This document shows, one piece after another, positions 9,508 to 18,830 of a stretch of 64,000 nt of DNA; position 1 is the first letter of the stretch, and every line of letters begins with the position of its first letter. A program made the position numbers and the translations under genes. The stretch spans positions 511,648 to 575,647 of the forward strand of contig OZ244871.1 of NCBI GenBank assembly GCA_965221105.1, given 5' to 3'. This DNA comes from Pseudomonadales bacterium. Its GTDB lineage: Bacteria > Pseudomonadota > Gammaproteobacteria > Pseudomonadales > GM7GCV1. The notes under the pieces were generated by a model. It made no database searches, was not told where the DNA came from, and saw only the letters and a list, made by a program, of their open reading frames with translations.

Positions 9508-10293
9508 CTATCCAGGCAACTTGAGCTGCCTGGATACTCTGCCACCCGGACTGCCATCGGAAAGCCAGGTCTGTTCAACCAGCGACACCTGCTCCGCGCC
9601 AAACAGTATCAGGCTGGTCGCACGGGTTCCGAATACATTGCCGTGAAGCTGCACCGGCGGAATGAATATTGACGATAAAACATGCTCAAGTTCCTGGGGA
9701 ATACCGGTTTTTGGAAGTTCCCGCAGGTCGGTCCGGGATGTGTCTCGCATCAACTCAATCAACCGGTCAATATCGATCCGGGATGCATTCTGAAGATAGT
9801 GCTCAATCATCTGGCTGCCGCGTGACATCTTCGGCCACTGCTGATCTTGGGGACCATTACTGATACTGGTCACACCATCATCCAACAGGCGCGGCTCCGA
9901 TTGCAGTGTGCCGCAACTGTAGAGTACTCCAGGGAGGCCAAACAGCAGATTGAACGGATTGTAGTCATCACACTTCTCGGTCAGTCGCCCAGCCAGTTCC
10001 GCCAATGCTTCGGGCCTGGTATGCAGTGCTTCAGTAACCAGTGCACCCCGGCTTCTGCTTTGACCGAGCGCTGCCTGTCCCGAACGGATATTGGTCACGG
10101 CGGCGACAACACCGGTATTGGCGTTGAATCCCAGCCAGGTGCCTCCGGCCTGCATATCCCGCCCGGCGACAATGGGGGAATTTTTCCACCGTTTCAGGGT
10201 GTCAGAGGGTCTGTGAAAAAACTCGTCGCGATTCGCGGCGACAATTAGCGGGTAATCCGTGCGAAGATTGCTCGCAATGAATAGAATACACAT
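9508..10293 (-). CDS. NRDE-family protein (TANGO2/DUF833-like)
   Basis: MCILFIASNLRTDYPLIVAANRDEF carries the eponymous NRDE motif, then GGTWLGFN. 261 aa. Confidence 0.85.
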   Translation of the reverse strand: MCILFIASNLRTDYPLIVAANRDEFFHRPSDTLKRWKNSPIVAGRDMQAGGTWLGFNANTGVVAAVTNIRSGQAALGQSRSRGALVTEALHTRPEALAELAGRLTEKCDDYNPFNLLFGLPGVLYSCGTLQSEPRLLDDGVTSISNGPQDQQWPKMSRGSQMIEHYLQNASRIDIDRLIELMRDTSRTDLRELPKTGIPQELEHVLSSIFIPPVQLHGNVFGTRATSLILFGAEQVSLVEQTWLSDGSPGGRVSRQLKLPG

Positions 10294-10456
10294 TCCGGTG
10301 GACTATGCGGAGACGGGTTCCGGTCTGCAAGACATCTGAATTTCCACTGCTGCCTGTTGCGGACCTGCAGTGTACAGGTGATACCGCGGCGTGTCCCTGA
10401 CATAAGTGCACTCTCACCTGTACCGATTTTGTGACCCTACCCATGAAGCAACTTGT
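10220..10456. repeat. Direct repeat copy A (237 bp): NRDE 5' end, intergenic region and first codons of the MBL gene
   Basis: Aligns base-for-base with 11585..11821 with about 11 mismatches by eye. Its MBL start reads MKQLVFTEF* (10443..10472), a dead stub. Confidence 0.9.
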
Positions 10457-10673
10457 GTTCACGGAATTTTGAAACCATAGATGGATAAAAAGGAGGTGAC
10501 TACTCACCCCCCTTGTCGTCATAGGAAGGCGATTCTATGATGTCGTAGTTACGGAACACTCTATTAAATTGCACAGTGGCGGCGGTAGGGTACTCAGTAC
10601 CGAACTGCTGGAAATGTGATAGTACGAGAAAAATCAACAGGTGAGCTCGATCCGCCTCTCGAAGTTCATTAGG

Positions 10674-11000
10674 TTAGCGGACAATTACCTGCGTGATCCG
10701 TGCCATGGCCGCGATGATCGCATCAGGGGCTCTTTCGATAAATGTGGCACGACGTTGCTCGAAGTCAACGGATTTGATCTGGTACGCCAGGGTCGCCCCT
10801 TGAGTCTCTGTCCCCTCAAGTACCACTTCCAACCGTATATTTCGCGCGGTACGTGTAATCGGGGCCACGACTGCGAATTTCGTATGTTCGTTAAATGCCT
10901 TTCTCGAAATCACATACGCTGGCCTGCGCTTTGTGATTTCCTTACCCACGCTTGGCTCAAAATCCAGCCAGATGATATCTCCGCGATCAGGAATGTACAT
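10674..11000 (-). CDS. mazF: Type II toxin, PemK/MazF-family endoribonuclease
   Basis: 108 aa. MYIPDRGDIIWLDFEPSVGKEITKRRPAYVIS...VVAPITRTARN is typical of MazF/PemK. TAATG overlap with the upstream antitoxin. Confidence 0.9.
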   Translation of the reverse strand: MYIPDRGDIIWLDFEPSVGKEITKRRPAYVISRKAFNEHTKFAVVAPITRTARNIRLEVVLEGTETQGATLAYQIKSVDFEQRRATFIERAPDAIIAAMARITQVIVR

Positions 11001-11251
11001 TAAAGCTCTGTACCAACGCTCGGTGCATCAATCCATTCGCGGTCTTCGTTAGTGGTTGCAAGATTTTCTTTGGGGCTACCCGCCAGCAACTCTTCCAGTG
11101 TTAATTCACTTTCAACTGGAGTCAGAACGACTGTGCCTTCCACTACCCGGGCATCGAGTGCATCCCCGATCTCCAGTCCAGCCTCCTGCAGGATGGCAGC
11201 TGGGATGATGGTGCCCGCCGAGTTGCCCCATTTACGTAGATTTGTGTGCAT
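11000..11251 (-). CDS. mazE: Type II antitoxin, AbrB/MazE/SpoVT family
   Basis: 83 aa. LRKWGNSAGTIIPAAILQEAGLEIGDAL is the swapped-hairpin AbrB motif. Confidence 0.9.
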   Translation of the reverse strand: MHTNLRKWGNSAGTIIPAAILQEAGLEIGDALDARVVEGTVVLTPVESELTLEELLAGSPKENLATTNEDREWIDAPSVGTEL

Positions 11252-11269
11252 GATGTCACTTCCTGAAAT

Positions 11270-11282
11270 TAGACATTGTCTA
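11270..11282. promoter_or_regulatory. Putative MazE operator (6-1-6 palindrome)
   Basis: tagaca-t-tgtcta, 19 nt upstream of the mazE ATG and embedded in an AT-rich promoter-like stretch (tatagac). Confidence 0.4.
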
Positions 11283-11584
11283 TACTACCACAAAGTTATA
11301 TGGTGTCTCACACGGAATATCTGCACATACTGGCGATATTTACCGCGAATTGCCTGCAGTTTCGACTGGGTATATACATCAGGACGACACTGCGGTTTCG
11401 AGACTCCGCGCTGAAATGCGCGCCAAGCTTATCCGGGGTTGCCAAGACTCCCCCTGTCCTGGATTACCCAGCGGAATCTGGTCGATGCACTGGTGGGCAG
11501 CAGGGATATCGAAGGCGATATTGCCGCGCCCGGCCGGGGATTTCTATCAGCTTGTTCGTGATAACACCGGCGCACAGGATCAAG

Positions 11585-11821
11585 AACTCGTCGCGATTCG
11601 CGGCGACAATCAGTGGGTAATCCGTGCGAAGATTGCGCACAATGAATAGAATACACATTCCGGTGGACTATGCGGAGACGGACTCCGGTCTGCAAGGCAT
11701 CTGAATTTCCACTGCTGCCTGTTGCGGACCGGCAGTGTACAGATGATGCCGCGGCGTGTCCCTGACATAAGTGCACTCTCACCTGTACCGATTTTGTGAC
11801 CTTACCCATGAAGCAACTTGT
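11585..11821. repeat. Direct repeat copy B (237 bp); carries a dead NRDE 5' stub and the live MBL start
   Basis: See copy A. On the minus strand 11585..11658 encodes MCILFIVRNLRTDYPLIVAANRDEF and then diverges (truncated duplicate of the NRDE gene). Confidence 0.9.
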
Positions 11822-12455
11822 TGTCCCTGTCACCAACTTCCAGCAGAACTGTACCTTTGTACTCTGCGAGCATACCGATACAGCAGCCATTATCGATCCG
11901 GGCGGAGATACAGACAAACTCCTGACCATTGTCGCCAAACACCAGCTCAACGTCGACAGGATTCTGCTGACTCATGGGCATCTGGATCATGCCGGCGGGG
12001 CAGCTATTCTCAAGGAGCGCCTGAGTGTTCCTATTATCGGCCCACACAAGGACGACGCCTTCTGGCTCGATCAGCTGCCACAGCAGTCTTCAATGTTGGG
12101 TCTCATGCCCCCTATTGAGAGCTTTACCCCGGATCAATGGCTTGAAGATGGGCACACTGTCACTGTGGGAACTATCGAATTCGAGGTCATTCACTGCCCC
12201 GGCCATACCCCGGGGCATGTGGTCTACTTTAATCGCAAGGCGAACTGGGCTCAGGTTGGTGATGTCCTTTTTGCAGGATCCATTGGTCGCACAGATTTCC
12301 CCAGAGGTAATCTTGAAGATCTGACCGACTCCATTCGAGGCAAGCTTTTCCCCCTTGGAGACAACGTCACATTCATTCCCGGTCACGGTCCCTCTTCTAC
12401 CTTCGGCCAGGAACGACGCCACAACCCTTTTGTTGCCGACCATCGGTACGGCTGA
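11808..12455 (+). CDS. MBL-fold metallo-hydrolase (glyoxalase II-like)
   Basis: MKQLVVPVTNFQQNCTF...LLTHGHLDHAGG (HxHxDH motif)...HCPGHTPGH. The track start 11796 is possible, but ATG 11808 fits family N-termini. Confidence 0.85.
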   Translation: MKQLVVPVTNFQQNCTFVLCEHTDTAAIIDPGGDTDKLLTIVAKHQLNVDRILLTHGHLDHAGGAAILKERLSVPIIGPHKDDAFWLDQLPQQSSMLGLMPPIESFTPDQWLEDGHTVTVGTIEFEVIHCPGHTPGHVVYFNRKANWAQVGDVLFAGSIGRTDFPRGNLEDLTDSIRGKLFPLGDNVTFIPGHGPSSTFGQERRHNPFVADHRYG

Positions 12456-12570
12456 ACACCTCACAGATCAAATATCAGAGGCCTGGGGCCGGGGTCTATT
12501 ATCAGAGGTGAGAAAGTGCGCTGAACGCACGTACACCGAGCACTCCGGGAAGACCTGTATGCGCGCCTGC

Positions 12571-12747
12571 TCATTGTCGCTGGTACTGTGAGACGGTCTC
12601 ATCCAACTCCACCCAGTCCTGTTTCGTCTCACACCAGCCATGCAGTTGGGGCTTAAACCAGGATGTGTCATCAAGAGTGCCGTTTTTCAGGATGACCACT
12701 GTCGCCACCTCCATGTCCAGTCGCCCCAATCCCGGAGGCCACACTAT
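12571..12747 (-). pseudogene. GFA-family (glutathione-dependent formaldehyde-activating/CENP-V-like) C-terminal remnant
   Basis: VVILKNGTLDDTSWFKPQLHGWCETKQDWVELDETVSQY matches the GFA C-terminal signature (GTLDD..W..P..H.W...K..W). The frame is closed by a stop at 12748..12750, and the zinc-binding Cys region is not recoverable in one frame. Confidence 0.5.
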
Positions 12748-13089
12748 TCACTGCGGCATTGATATCCGCAGTGTCTTGATGTCGGCATGCCACAGATCGA
12801 ACGACCGCGTGTGACGGGCGGTTGTGCGACAGGAGCGCGTGCAGATTGAGCATCCTGTCTCGGTTGAACCCGATTTCATCCGCGTGGCCGATGGGCAGCT
12901 CAATCTTGAACCACAGGACCGGGTCCATCGCCTGATCACATGCGGGCTGTCCGTTTTGGATAGAGCGGCCCGATCCTGAGCACACCCTGCTCCAGCGGCC
13001 TGTGCCCTCTCAACAGGCAGGGTGTTGGGGTGTTGACAGAAGCCGTCCTCGTTGTTCGCACGGGTGCGCCGCGGCAGGCGTGCGTCCGG

Positions 13090-13745
13090 CTACTGGATGG
13101 TGCCGTCGGTCTCGCCCCCTTCGCTGACCCGCGCGCAGCCCTTGCCGCCCATGAACAGGAAGTAGGCACTGCCTGCCGTTGCATACCCACGTCCACGAGG
13201 CTGGTAGATGACCGGTACCACCAGCTCTCCGGGGCCTTGATTGGGGTTGCTGGCGTTGCGGTTGCTCCAGATGTGGGCACCAGCCTTCGGCCGCACCTCG
13301 ACGATGTTCTCGCCAAGCTCACCGCCGGCGAAGGTAAGGGAATCTCTCCCGCCAAGCACATTCTGCCAAGCATTTGCGTTCACTTCCGGCGTGCGCCACT
13401 CCCAATCGGTGAACTCGCCACCAGTGCGGTATTCATTACGTGTGCTCAGAAATTTGACAGTCGTGAAACTCTGCCGCGTTACGTTGGGATTACTAGACGA
13501 CAGGATGACCTTGAAGCGGCCCAGCGTGGCGGAATCGCCGCAGCCATCCACGACTTGCGAAACCGATGCAAGCGTGACTGTGCAGGTGCTGGTGGTGCAT
13601 TGAGGAGGGGGAGGTGGGAGTTGCGCCTGCGCGGTACCTGCAAGCAGCAGGAAGCAGAGCATCGCGGCCGCGGTCGCCGCGAGGGCTGTCAGTCTAGCGG
13701 GGGGGGGGGGGGGGGTACATCACACTGAACTTTCAAGCTGAACAT
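13090..13745 (-). CDS. Secreted hypothetical protein, phase-variable candidate (currently frame-OFF)
   Basis: ATG 13745 sits 7 nt after AGGAGG (minus strand gcAGGAGGatcaacgATG) and is followed by MFSLKVQCDV and a C17 tract. With 17 C the frame stops after PPPPPPLD. With 18 (or 15) C it continues ARLTALAATAAAMLCFLLLAGTAQA|QLPPPPPQC into the 190-aa ORF 13090..13662, which has a signal-peptide look. Confidence 0.6.
13699..13715. repeat. Homopolymeric G17 (C17 on the coding strand)
   Basis: Counted directly: ...tctagc g(17) tacatc... Confidence 0.97.
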
Positions 13746-13944
13746 CGTTGATCCTCCTGCTGATGTCCTGTGAACATCGAGCCAATTACCAGCCAAAAGG
13801 TATAACACAGATTGGGCGGAATGCCAATACTTACTTGGCCTTGCCCAATATGAAGTGAGTCTGAAGGGAGGGCTTGTTTCTAACATGAAATGAGTCTGAA
13901 CTTTCGGGTATTGCCCCCATGAGAGCGGCACTCTGAGCGCTCTC

Positions 13945-14682
13945 ATGACCCTGACTGACCTGACCACCATCGAACACCTGGAGCGATGTCTGGATGGCTC
14001 CGAAACCTGCACCTACGAACTCCCCGGCACCACGGACGAACGCTCCAGCTGGATCCAGACAACCCTGGTGCAGTTCCGCTACACCAGCCTGGGCACAAGC
14101 GACAGAGGCGTCGTGGTCCGCTCCCTGCTGAAGGTCAGCGGCTCCTCCCGACACCAACTGACCCGGCTGATCCGGCAATACGTGACACCCGGCCGGTGCA
14201 CTCGCCGACAGCGCACCACGCGGGGGTTCTCCAGACGCTCTACCCAGGCGGATGTCCTGCTGCTTGCCGAGCTGGACAGGCTGCACGACACGCCCTGCGG
14301 CGCTGTCATCAAGAAGGAGTGCGAACGTGCCCTGGCACAGGGGGATGACCGTTGTGAGCGCCTGGCCGCGATCTCAGTGAGCCATATCGACACTCTGCGC
14401 ACATCCACCACTGACCAGCGCCAGCGCCGCCAGTTCACCACACCGCACTCGAAACCCGCACCCATTGGCGAACGCCGCAGGGCATCCCGGGGGTCTCTGC
14501 GAGTGGATAGGGTGCACCAGGGCTCCCGGTGCCACAACGATCAGGGAGCGTCCACCGAAGCGGATTCCGGAACAGTGGGATGCTCTCGGCGAAATGCGTG
14601 CGGTGGTGCAAATACTTCAGTGTCGATCAAAACCGCACAAGTTGGAGGCCTCCAGGAAGGAGCGGGTCATGCCACTAACTGA
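13945..14682 (+). mobile_element. DDE (rve-type) transposase/integrase, N-terminal fragment only
   Basis: LTDLTTIEHLERCLDGS...WIQTTLVQFRYTSLG...LLKVSGSSRHQLTRLIRQY...LLAELDRLHDTPCG...ISVSHIDTLR...IGERRRA...LRVDRVHQG is collinear with the N-terminal HTH region of transposases usually annotated 'integrase catalytic region'. Similarity stops at ~14530, just where the DDE core should start. IS family not determined. Confidence 0.6.
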
Positions 14683-14771
14683 ACCCAGTGTTGAGTATTG
14701 AATTACTCCTGACGAGCTTTCAGAACAATTGTATCCTCATTACCGATCTCACTGTACACCGGAGAAGAGTC

Positions 14772-15686
14772 ATGTCCAGACCATTTCGATATCGTGCGCG
14801 TATTATCATTTTTCTTGCAGTGCTGACGCTCTGGTCGGGCGTCTGGGCTGAACCTCCTCGAATCGCTGTAGTATCAGCGTATCCTCCAGAACGGGCTGCT
14901 TTCGTGTCAGAGCTTGAGGATAGTGAAACAACCCTTATAGCCGGCCAGACCTTTCACACCGGCACACTGGGAGGAAAAGATGTTGTCCTTTTCCTTTCTG
15001 GCATTTCCATGGTCAATGCAGCGATGAGTGTCCAGCGTGCCATTGATCATTTCAATCTCGAAGGCATCGTGTTCTCAGGCATAGCGGGGGGTGTCAATCC
15101 AGATCTTGGAATCGGCACTGTCGTGGTGGCGGAACAATGGGGGAAGTATCTCCTTTCAGTGTACGCACGTGAAATCGAGCAGGATTTCTCAACTCCAGAC
15201 ATTCCACTTTTTGAGTACCCCTTTCCAGGCTATGGAATGATGTACCCCATTCAAACAGATGTTGTCACGGCCGATTCGGATGAACCGGAATATCGATTTT
15301 GGTTTCCGGTCGATGAAGGGTATCTTGATACTGCACGGACAGTTGCAGAGAACATAACCCTGACCGCCTGTGATGACACAAACAACTGCGTCAGCCAGAG
15401 GCCAGCAGTTCTGGTCGGGGGCAATGGTGTCTCCGGTGCAGCGTTCGTTGACAATGCGGATTTTCGTATCCATGTGTTCGAGACCTTTGAAGCCCAGGTA
15501 CTTGACATGGAAAGCGCAGCCGTCGCCCACGTCGCCTATGCCAATGATCTTCCGTTTATTGCATTCCGGAGTTTGTCCGACCTTGCTGGAGGCAATGACG
15601 CAGAAAATGAGCTGCCCACCTTTTTCCGTCTTGCGACTCAAAACTCTTCTGCTGTGGTCCTGGCATTCCTTGAGGCACTGGAATAA
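14772..15686 (+). CDS. Secreted nucleoside phosphorylase/nucleosidase family protein (PNP_UDP_1, MTA/SAH-nucleosidase-like)
   Basis: ATG 14772 after ggagaag. Signal peptide IIIFLAVLTLWSGVWA. Blocks IAVVSAYPPE, FLSGISMVNAAMSVQRAI, FSGIAGGV, MESAAVAHVA, FRSLSDLAGG. Confidence 0.75.
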   Translation: MSRPFRYRARIIIFLAVLTLWSGVWAEPPRIAVVSAYPPERAAFVSELEDSETTLIAGQTFHTGTLGGKDVVLFLSGISMVNAAMSVQRAIDHFNLEGIVFSGIAGGVNPDLGIGTVVVAEQWGKYLLSVYAREIEQDFSTPDIPLFEYPFPGYGMMYPIQTDVVTADSDEPEYRFWFPVDEGYLDTARTVAENITLTACDDTNNCVSQRPAVLVGGNGVSGAAFVDNADFRIHVFETFEAQVLDMESAAVAHVAYANDLPFIAFRSLSDLAGGNDAENELPTFFRLATQNSSAVVLAFLEALE

Positions 15687-16093
15687 CGGTATTGCTGATC
15701 CTGTTATGGGAAGACCGATATGGGATCAGTTGTGCCCTATCCACAGGTACAGGCGAAGACATCATGAATTTCTGAGATCCTGAGCTCCTGACCCCAGAGA
15801 TCATATATGTCGTGCACCACTTCCCCGATTGTGCTTTCGATCTATGGCTCTGCACAGTCCGGTTCCGGGGAAGACCCTGCCGTCTCGCCAATGATCGCAC
15901 TCGCGCAGGTATCCTGACATCCACAAGATGGTCCCTCTTCCCACGTTTGTGCATTGAAGATACAAAGCCCGCCTCAGTACGAATCATGCACAGGACACTG
16001 CGATTCGGATTGATGCCTTGTCTGAAGGCACGATGCGGACACAGTGACTCACGAGCGCCCTATGCGATAAGTCACAGGCCGCGGATGTACCTG

Positions 16094-16125
16094 GTGCAGG
16101 GCCGGAATCGAACCCCTGACACGAG
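16094..16125 (-). other. tRNA 3'-end-like fragment (T-loop GGTTCGATTCC), not an intact tRNA
   Basis: Minus strand reads ...gtcaggGGTTCGATTCCggccctgcac. The T-stem does not pair (agggg vs ccggc) and no D-arm or acceptor partner is found upstream. Possibly an old att-site remnant at the accessory/core junction. Confidence 0.3.
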
Positions 16126-16202
16126 GGTTTTCGATTCCTCGCTACTCGCTCCGTTGGAAGAGCTGTATTATGGCACCTGTGCAATGTGAACATATTGGCA
16201 TG

Positions 16203-16653
16203 ATGCATATTTTCGACACTCAGAGTTTCAACCTGAACCTCCCGGGTACCCGGGAGCTTTCAAGGTACCTTGCTGCTGCGCTGTGCGGGGCAACCGAGCC
16301 TGGTCATAGCCGCATGGAGTAATACCGAACATGGAATCATCGAACTCATTCACCGATCACAGGAAACAACCGATTTTATGTGTGTCGGCCCCGGTGCGTT
16401 CACCGACAGCAGTGCGGCACTCCCAGATACACTGGCTGGAGTTGGGATTCTCTTCATTGAAGTCCGCATCTCCAGCCTGCACCAGCGTGAACCATTCTGG
16501 CACACAGGCTATATTTCAGATATCGCTGCAGCGGTCATCTGCGGGTGCGGAACCAACGGCTACACCTATGCATTGGATCACGCGATTCGTGCACCAGAGG
16601 CCATCTTGCAGGAGCTGAACCGTGGCCTGGCTGGAACTGCGGCTGAATATTGA
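16203..16653 (+). pseudogene. aroQ: Type II 3-dehydroquinate dehydratase, decayed
   Basis: MHIFDTQSFNLNLPGTRE (cf. NGPNLNLLGTREP), then a +1 frameshift near 16260 into ...AAWSNTEHGIIELIHRS...VGPGAFTDSSAALPDTL...FIEVRISSLHQREPFWHTGYISD...VICGCGTNGY. The conserved His of the (F/Y)THTS motif is Asp, and about 7 residues are missing between the YG and QSN blocks. Confidence 0.65.
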
Positions 16654-17506
16654 CAGCGAACACGCAGAGTACCTGGAAGATTCTCTCATCGCTACGGGGG
16701 CCAGCGCAGTAACCTATACGGATGCTGGCAACCAGTCCATTTTTGAGCTCGCGCCTTCCACTGCCCCGCCCTGGTCGCAAGTTGCACTGACTGCGCTGTA
16801 CCAGGAAGATACTGATACTGATGAGGTCTTGGCCTGTCTGGAAGCCTCTTATACTCACTCTCTGCCAACCATTCAATGGAGCACGCTGGAAGACAGGGTC
16901 TGGGAGCGCGAGTGGCTGGAGCATCATGAGCCTGCACTTTTTGGCAATTGCTTCTGGGTATACCATGAGCAGATCGAAGGCGACGTGCCGACACTTCTGC
17001 TGGACCCAGGTCTGGCCTTCGGGACGGGCAGTCACCCAACCACCGCTCTGTGCCTGGAGTGGATAGCCCAGCACAACTGGCAGAATAAAACCGCTGTCGA
17101 CTACGGCTGCGGCTCGGGCATACTCGGTATAGCGACTGCCCTGCTCGGCTGTAACCACGTACAGTGCATCGACACTGATCCCCAGGCTATTACAGCAACT
17201 CTCGACAACTTCTCAAAAAACCGGCTCGAGCCAAATTGCTTTGAGGTATGCCTGGCCGGAGAGGAAGCGGAATATCCTGCAGACATCCTTCTTGCCAATA
17301 TTCTTGCCGGTCCATTACTCCAACTGGGCGCACAGCTTGCCTCACGAATTAAACCCGGTGGACAGATCTGTCTGTCAGGTATCCTGCACAGCCAGAGAGG
17401 AGAGATTTTGGATACCTATGCAGCCTGGTTCGACGACATCAAGGTCGGCGGTCAAGATGAGTGGCTCAGAGTGACAGGCCGCAGGATGGATACAGATGGC
17501 ATTTGA
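16622..17506 (+). CDS. prmA: Ribosomal protein L11 methyltransferase
   Basis: MAWLELRLNIDSEHAEYLEDSLIATGASAVTYTD; SAM motif VDYGCGSGILGIA; 294 aa. Confidence 0.92.
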   Translation: MAWLELRLNIDSEHAEYLEDSLIATGASAVTYTDAGNQSIFELAPSTAPPWSQVALTALYQEDTDTDEVLACLEASYTHSLPTIQWSTLEDRVWEREWLEHHEPALFGNCFWVYHEQIEGDVPTLLLDPGLAFGTGSHPTTALCLEWIAQHNWQNKTAVDYGCGSGILGIATALLGCNHVQCIDTDPQAITATLDNFSKNRLEPNCFEVCLAGEEAEYPADILLANILAGPLLQLGAQLASRIKPGGQICLSGILHSQRGEILDTYAAWFDDIKVGGQDEWLRVTGRRMDTDGI

Positions 17507-18830
17507 ATCCGACCAAAACAGCCGCTTTCAGTCTGAATTCAGTTCGGTGACCCAATGCCCCCATTGCCACACTGCATTCCACATTGGACGCGCCCATCTG
17601 GACGCTGCAGGCAGCATGGTCAGATGCGGAGGGTGCCTGCGCGTTTTCAACGCCAGGAAGCACTTTCTGGTCGAGCAGAAACATCTATTTGAGGATGCGG
17701 CCAGTTCACAGGGGCACGACACTACTGTGCCGGAAGAAGTTGATCCTCTCGACCTGGACCTGTTCGGAGCCCTGATCCCGGACGATAACGAGCCCGTCAT
17801 TTTGGGCGACTTTGATCACGAGAGCGGCCAGTCAATTCCCCGCTCGGCTATTCTCAGCGACCCGGTCGAGAAGTTTAAGCAGGAAGACTATGTGTCGGTC
17901 GATGCCGAAGTAGTTCTGCGTGCATGTCCCGAGGACAGGTTCGATGCACGCGCCGGTGCCGGCACAGGCGGGCGGCAGCACCCGGAACTGCACGCAGAAC
18001 ATTCACCAAGAGACGCATTGGACTTCCATCCGCCGAGTGAAAGCGCTTCGACCGAAGCGGATACACACAGTACTGCCGGAAAGGACACCGGTGTATCAGG
18101 GAAAGATTCATCTGAGCCATATGCTGGTGCAGCCAACACAGGCGAGGATGCAGAAGCGAGGGTTGGAGATGTTTCCGCGGACTCTTTTGAGGAGCCTCGG
18201 CACAGTGCTGAACAGGAATCTTTTGGTGCTGGCGACTGTCTTCCCGAGCACCCCCTGTACCCAGCGGAATTCATGGACGGTGCGCCATCAGCTCGCAGTG
18301 AGCGTGCAGAGACCCTGTCACCTGCTCATTCTTTTGAACACAGGCATCTGACTGGCACCCGAATCCGGTCAAAACTCTGGTGGACCGCACTGTTCCTGGT
18401 CAGCCTGGCCCTGCCCGTACAAAGCCTGTACGTGCAACCACAGACACTTCTCGCGCTTTCCTGGTTTCGTGAAGCGGGCACGGTGCTCTGTCCCTATCTC
18501 GGCTGTCCTGCACCTGTATTTGTTGAACCTGAATTCATCCGAATCAGCGGAGTGATGGAACCCCACACCGAATATCAGGACGGGCTGATCGCAACAATTG
18601 ACCTACGTAATACTGCCGGATCTGAACAACCCTTTCCATCCATTGCCGTTGTGTTCCGCAACCATGCCGGACACATCACAGCTTCGAGAATATTTGAGCC
18701 AGAGGACTACCTGCGGGGCGATGCACGCGCATACACGCAGATGCCACGCAACAGGAATGTACAGATCCAATTGGAACTCATTGACCCGGGACAGCAATCC
18801 ACGAGCTACGAATGGCGTGTCAGTCCCTGA
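17496..18830 (+). CDS. MJ0042-type zinc-ribbon / DUF3426 domain protein
   Basis: CPHCHTAFHIGRAHLDAAGSMVRCGGCLRVFNA zinc ribbon, an acidic low-complexity linker, one TM segment (LWWTALFLVSLALPV), then a C-terminal DUF3426-like domain. Conserved position between prmA and fis. Confidence 0.8.
   Translation: MAFESDQNSRFQSEFSSVTQCPHCHTAFHIGRAHLDAAGSMVRCGGCLRVFNARKHFLVEQKHLFEDAASSQGHDTTVPEEVDPLDLDLFGALIPDDNEPVILGDFDHESGQSIPRSAILSDPVEKFKQEDYVSVDAEVVLRACPEDRFDARAGAGTGGRQHPELHAEHSPRDALDFHPPSESASTEADTHSTAGKDTGVSGKDSSEPYAGAANTGEDAEARVGDVSADSFEEPRHSAEQESFGAGDCLPEHPLYPAEFMDGAPSARSERAETLSPAHSFEHRHLTGTRIRSKLWWTALFLVSLALPVQSLYVQPQTLLALSWFREAGTVLCPYLGCPAPVFVEPEFIRISGVMEPHTEYQDGLIATIDLRNTAGSEQPFPSIAVVFRNHAGHITASRIFEPEDYLRGDARAYTQMPRNRNVQIQLELIDPGQQSTSYEWRVSP

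Noticed and set aside
12671-12985. TnpB/IS605-OrfB C-terminal remnant, suggested by VACRHQDTADINAAVNSVASG.
   Set aside because: Only an ~8-residue ADINAAVN match supports it. It overlaps, in another frame, the much better GFA-family C-terminal signature (GTLDDTSWFKPQLHGW...). No RuvC or zinc-finger blocks are recoverable upstream.
13030-13728. 232-aa plus-strand ORF covering the poly-G tract.
   Set aside because: It is antisense to the signal-peptide-bearing ORF, which has a strong RBS-ATG. Its translation is low-complexity (Arg/Gly-rich) and it reads the poly-G as GGGGG by chance.
16094-16182. Possible 89-nt class-II tRNA on the minus strand, suggested by the GGTTCGATTCC T-loop.
   Set aside because: The T-stem does not pair (agggg/ccggc). 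The proposed acceptor arms pair at only 5 of 7 positions. There is no D-arm with the GG signature and no convincing anticodon stem-loop. It is kept only as a tRNA-3'-like fragment.
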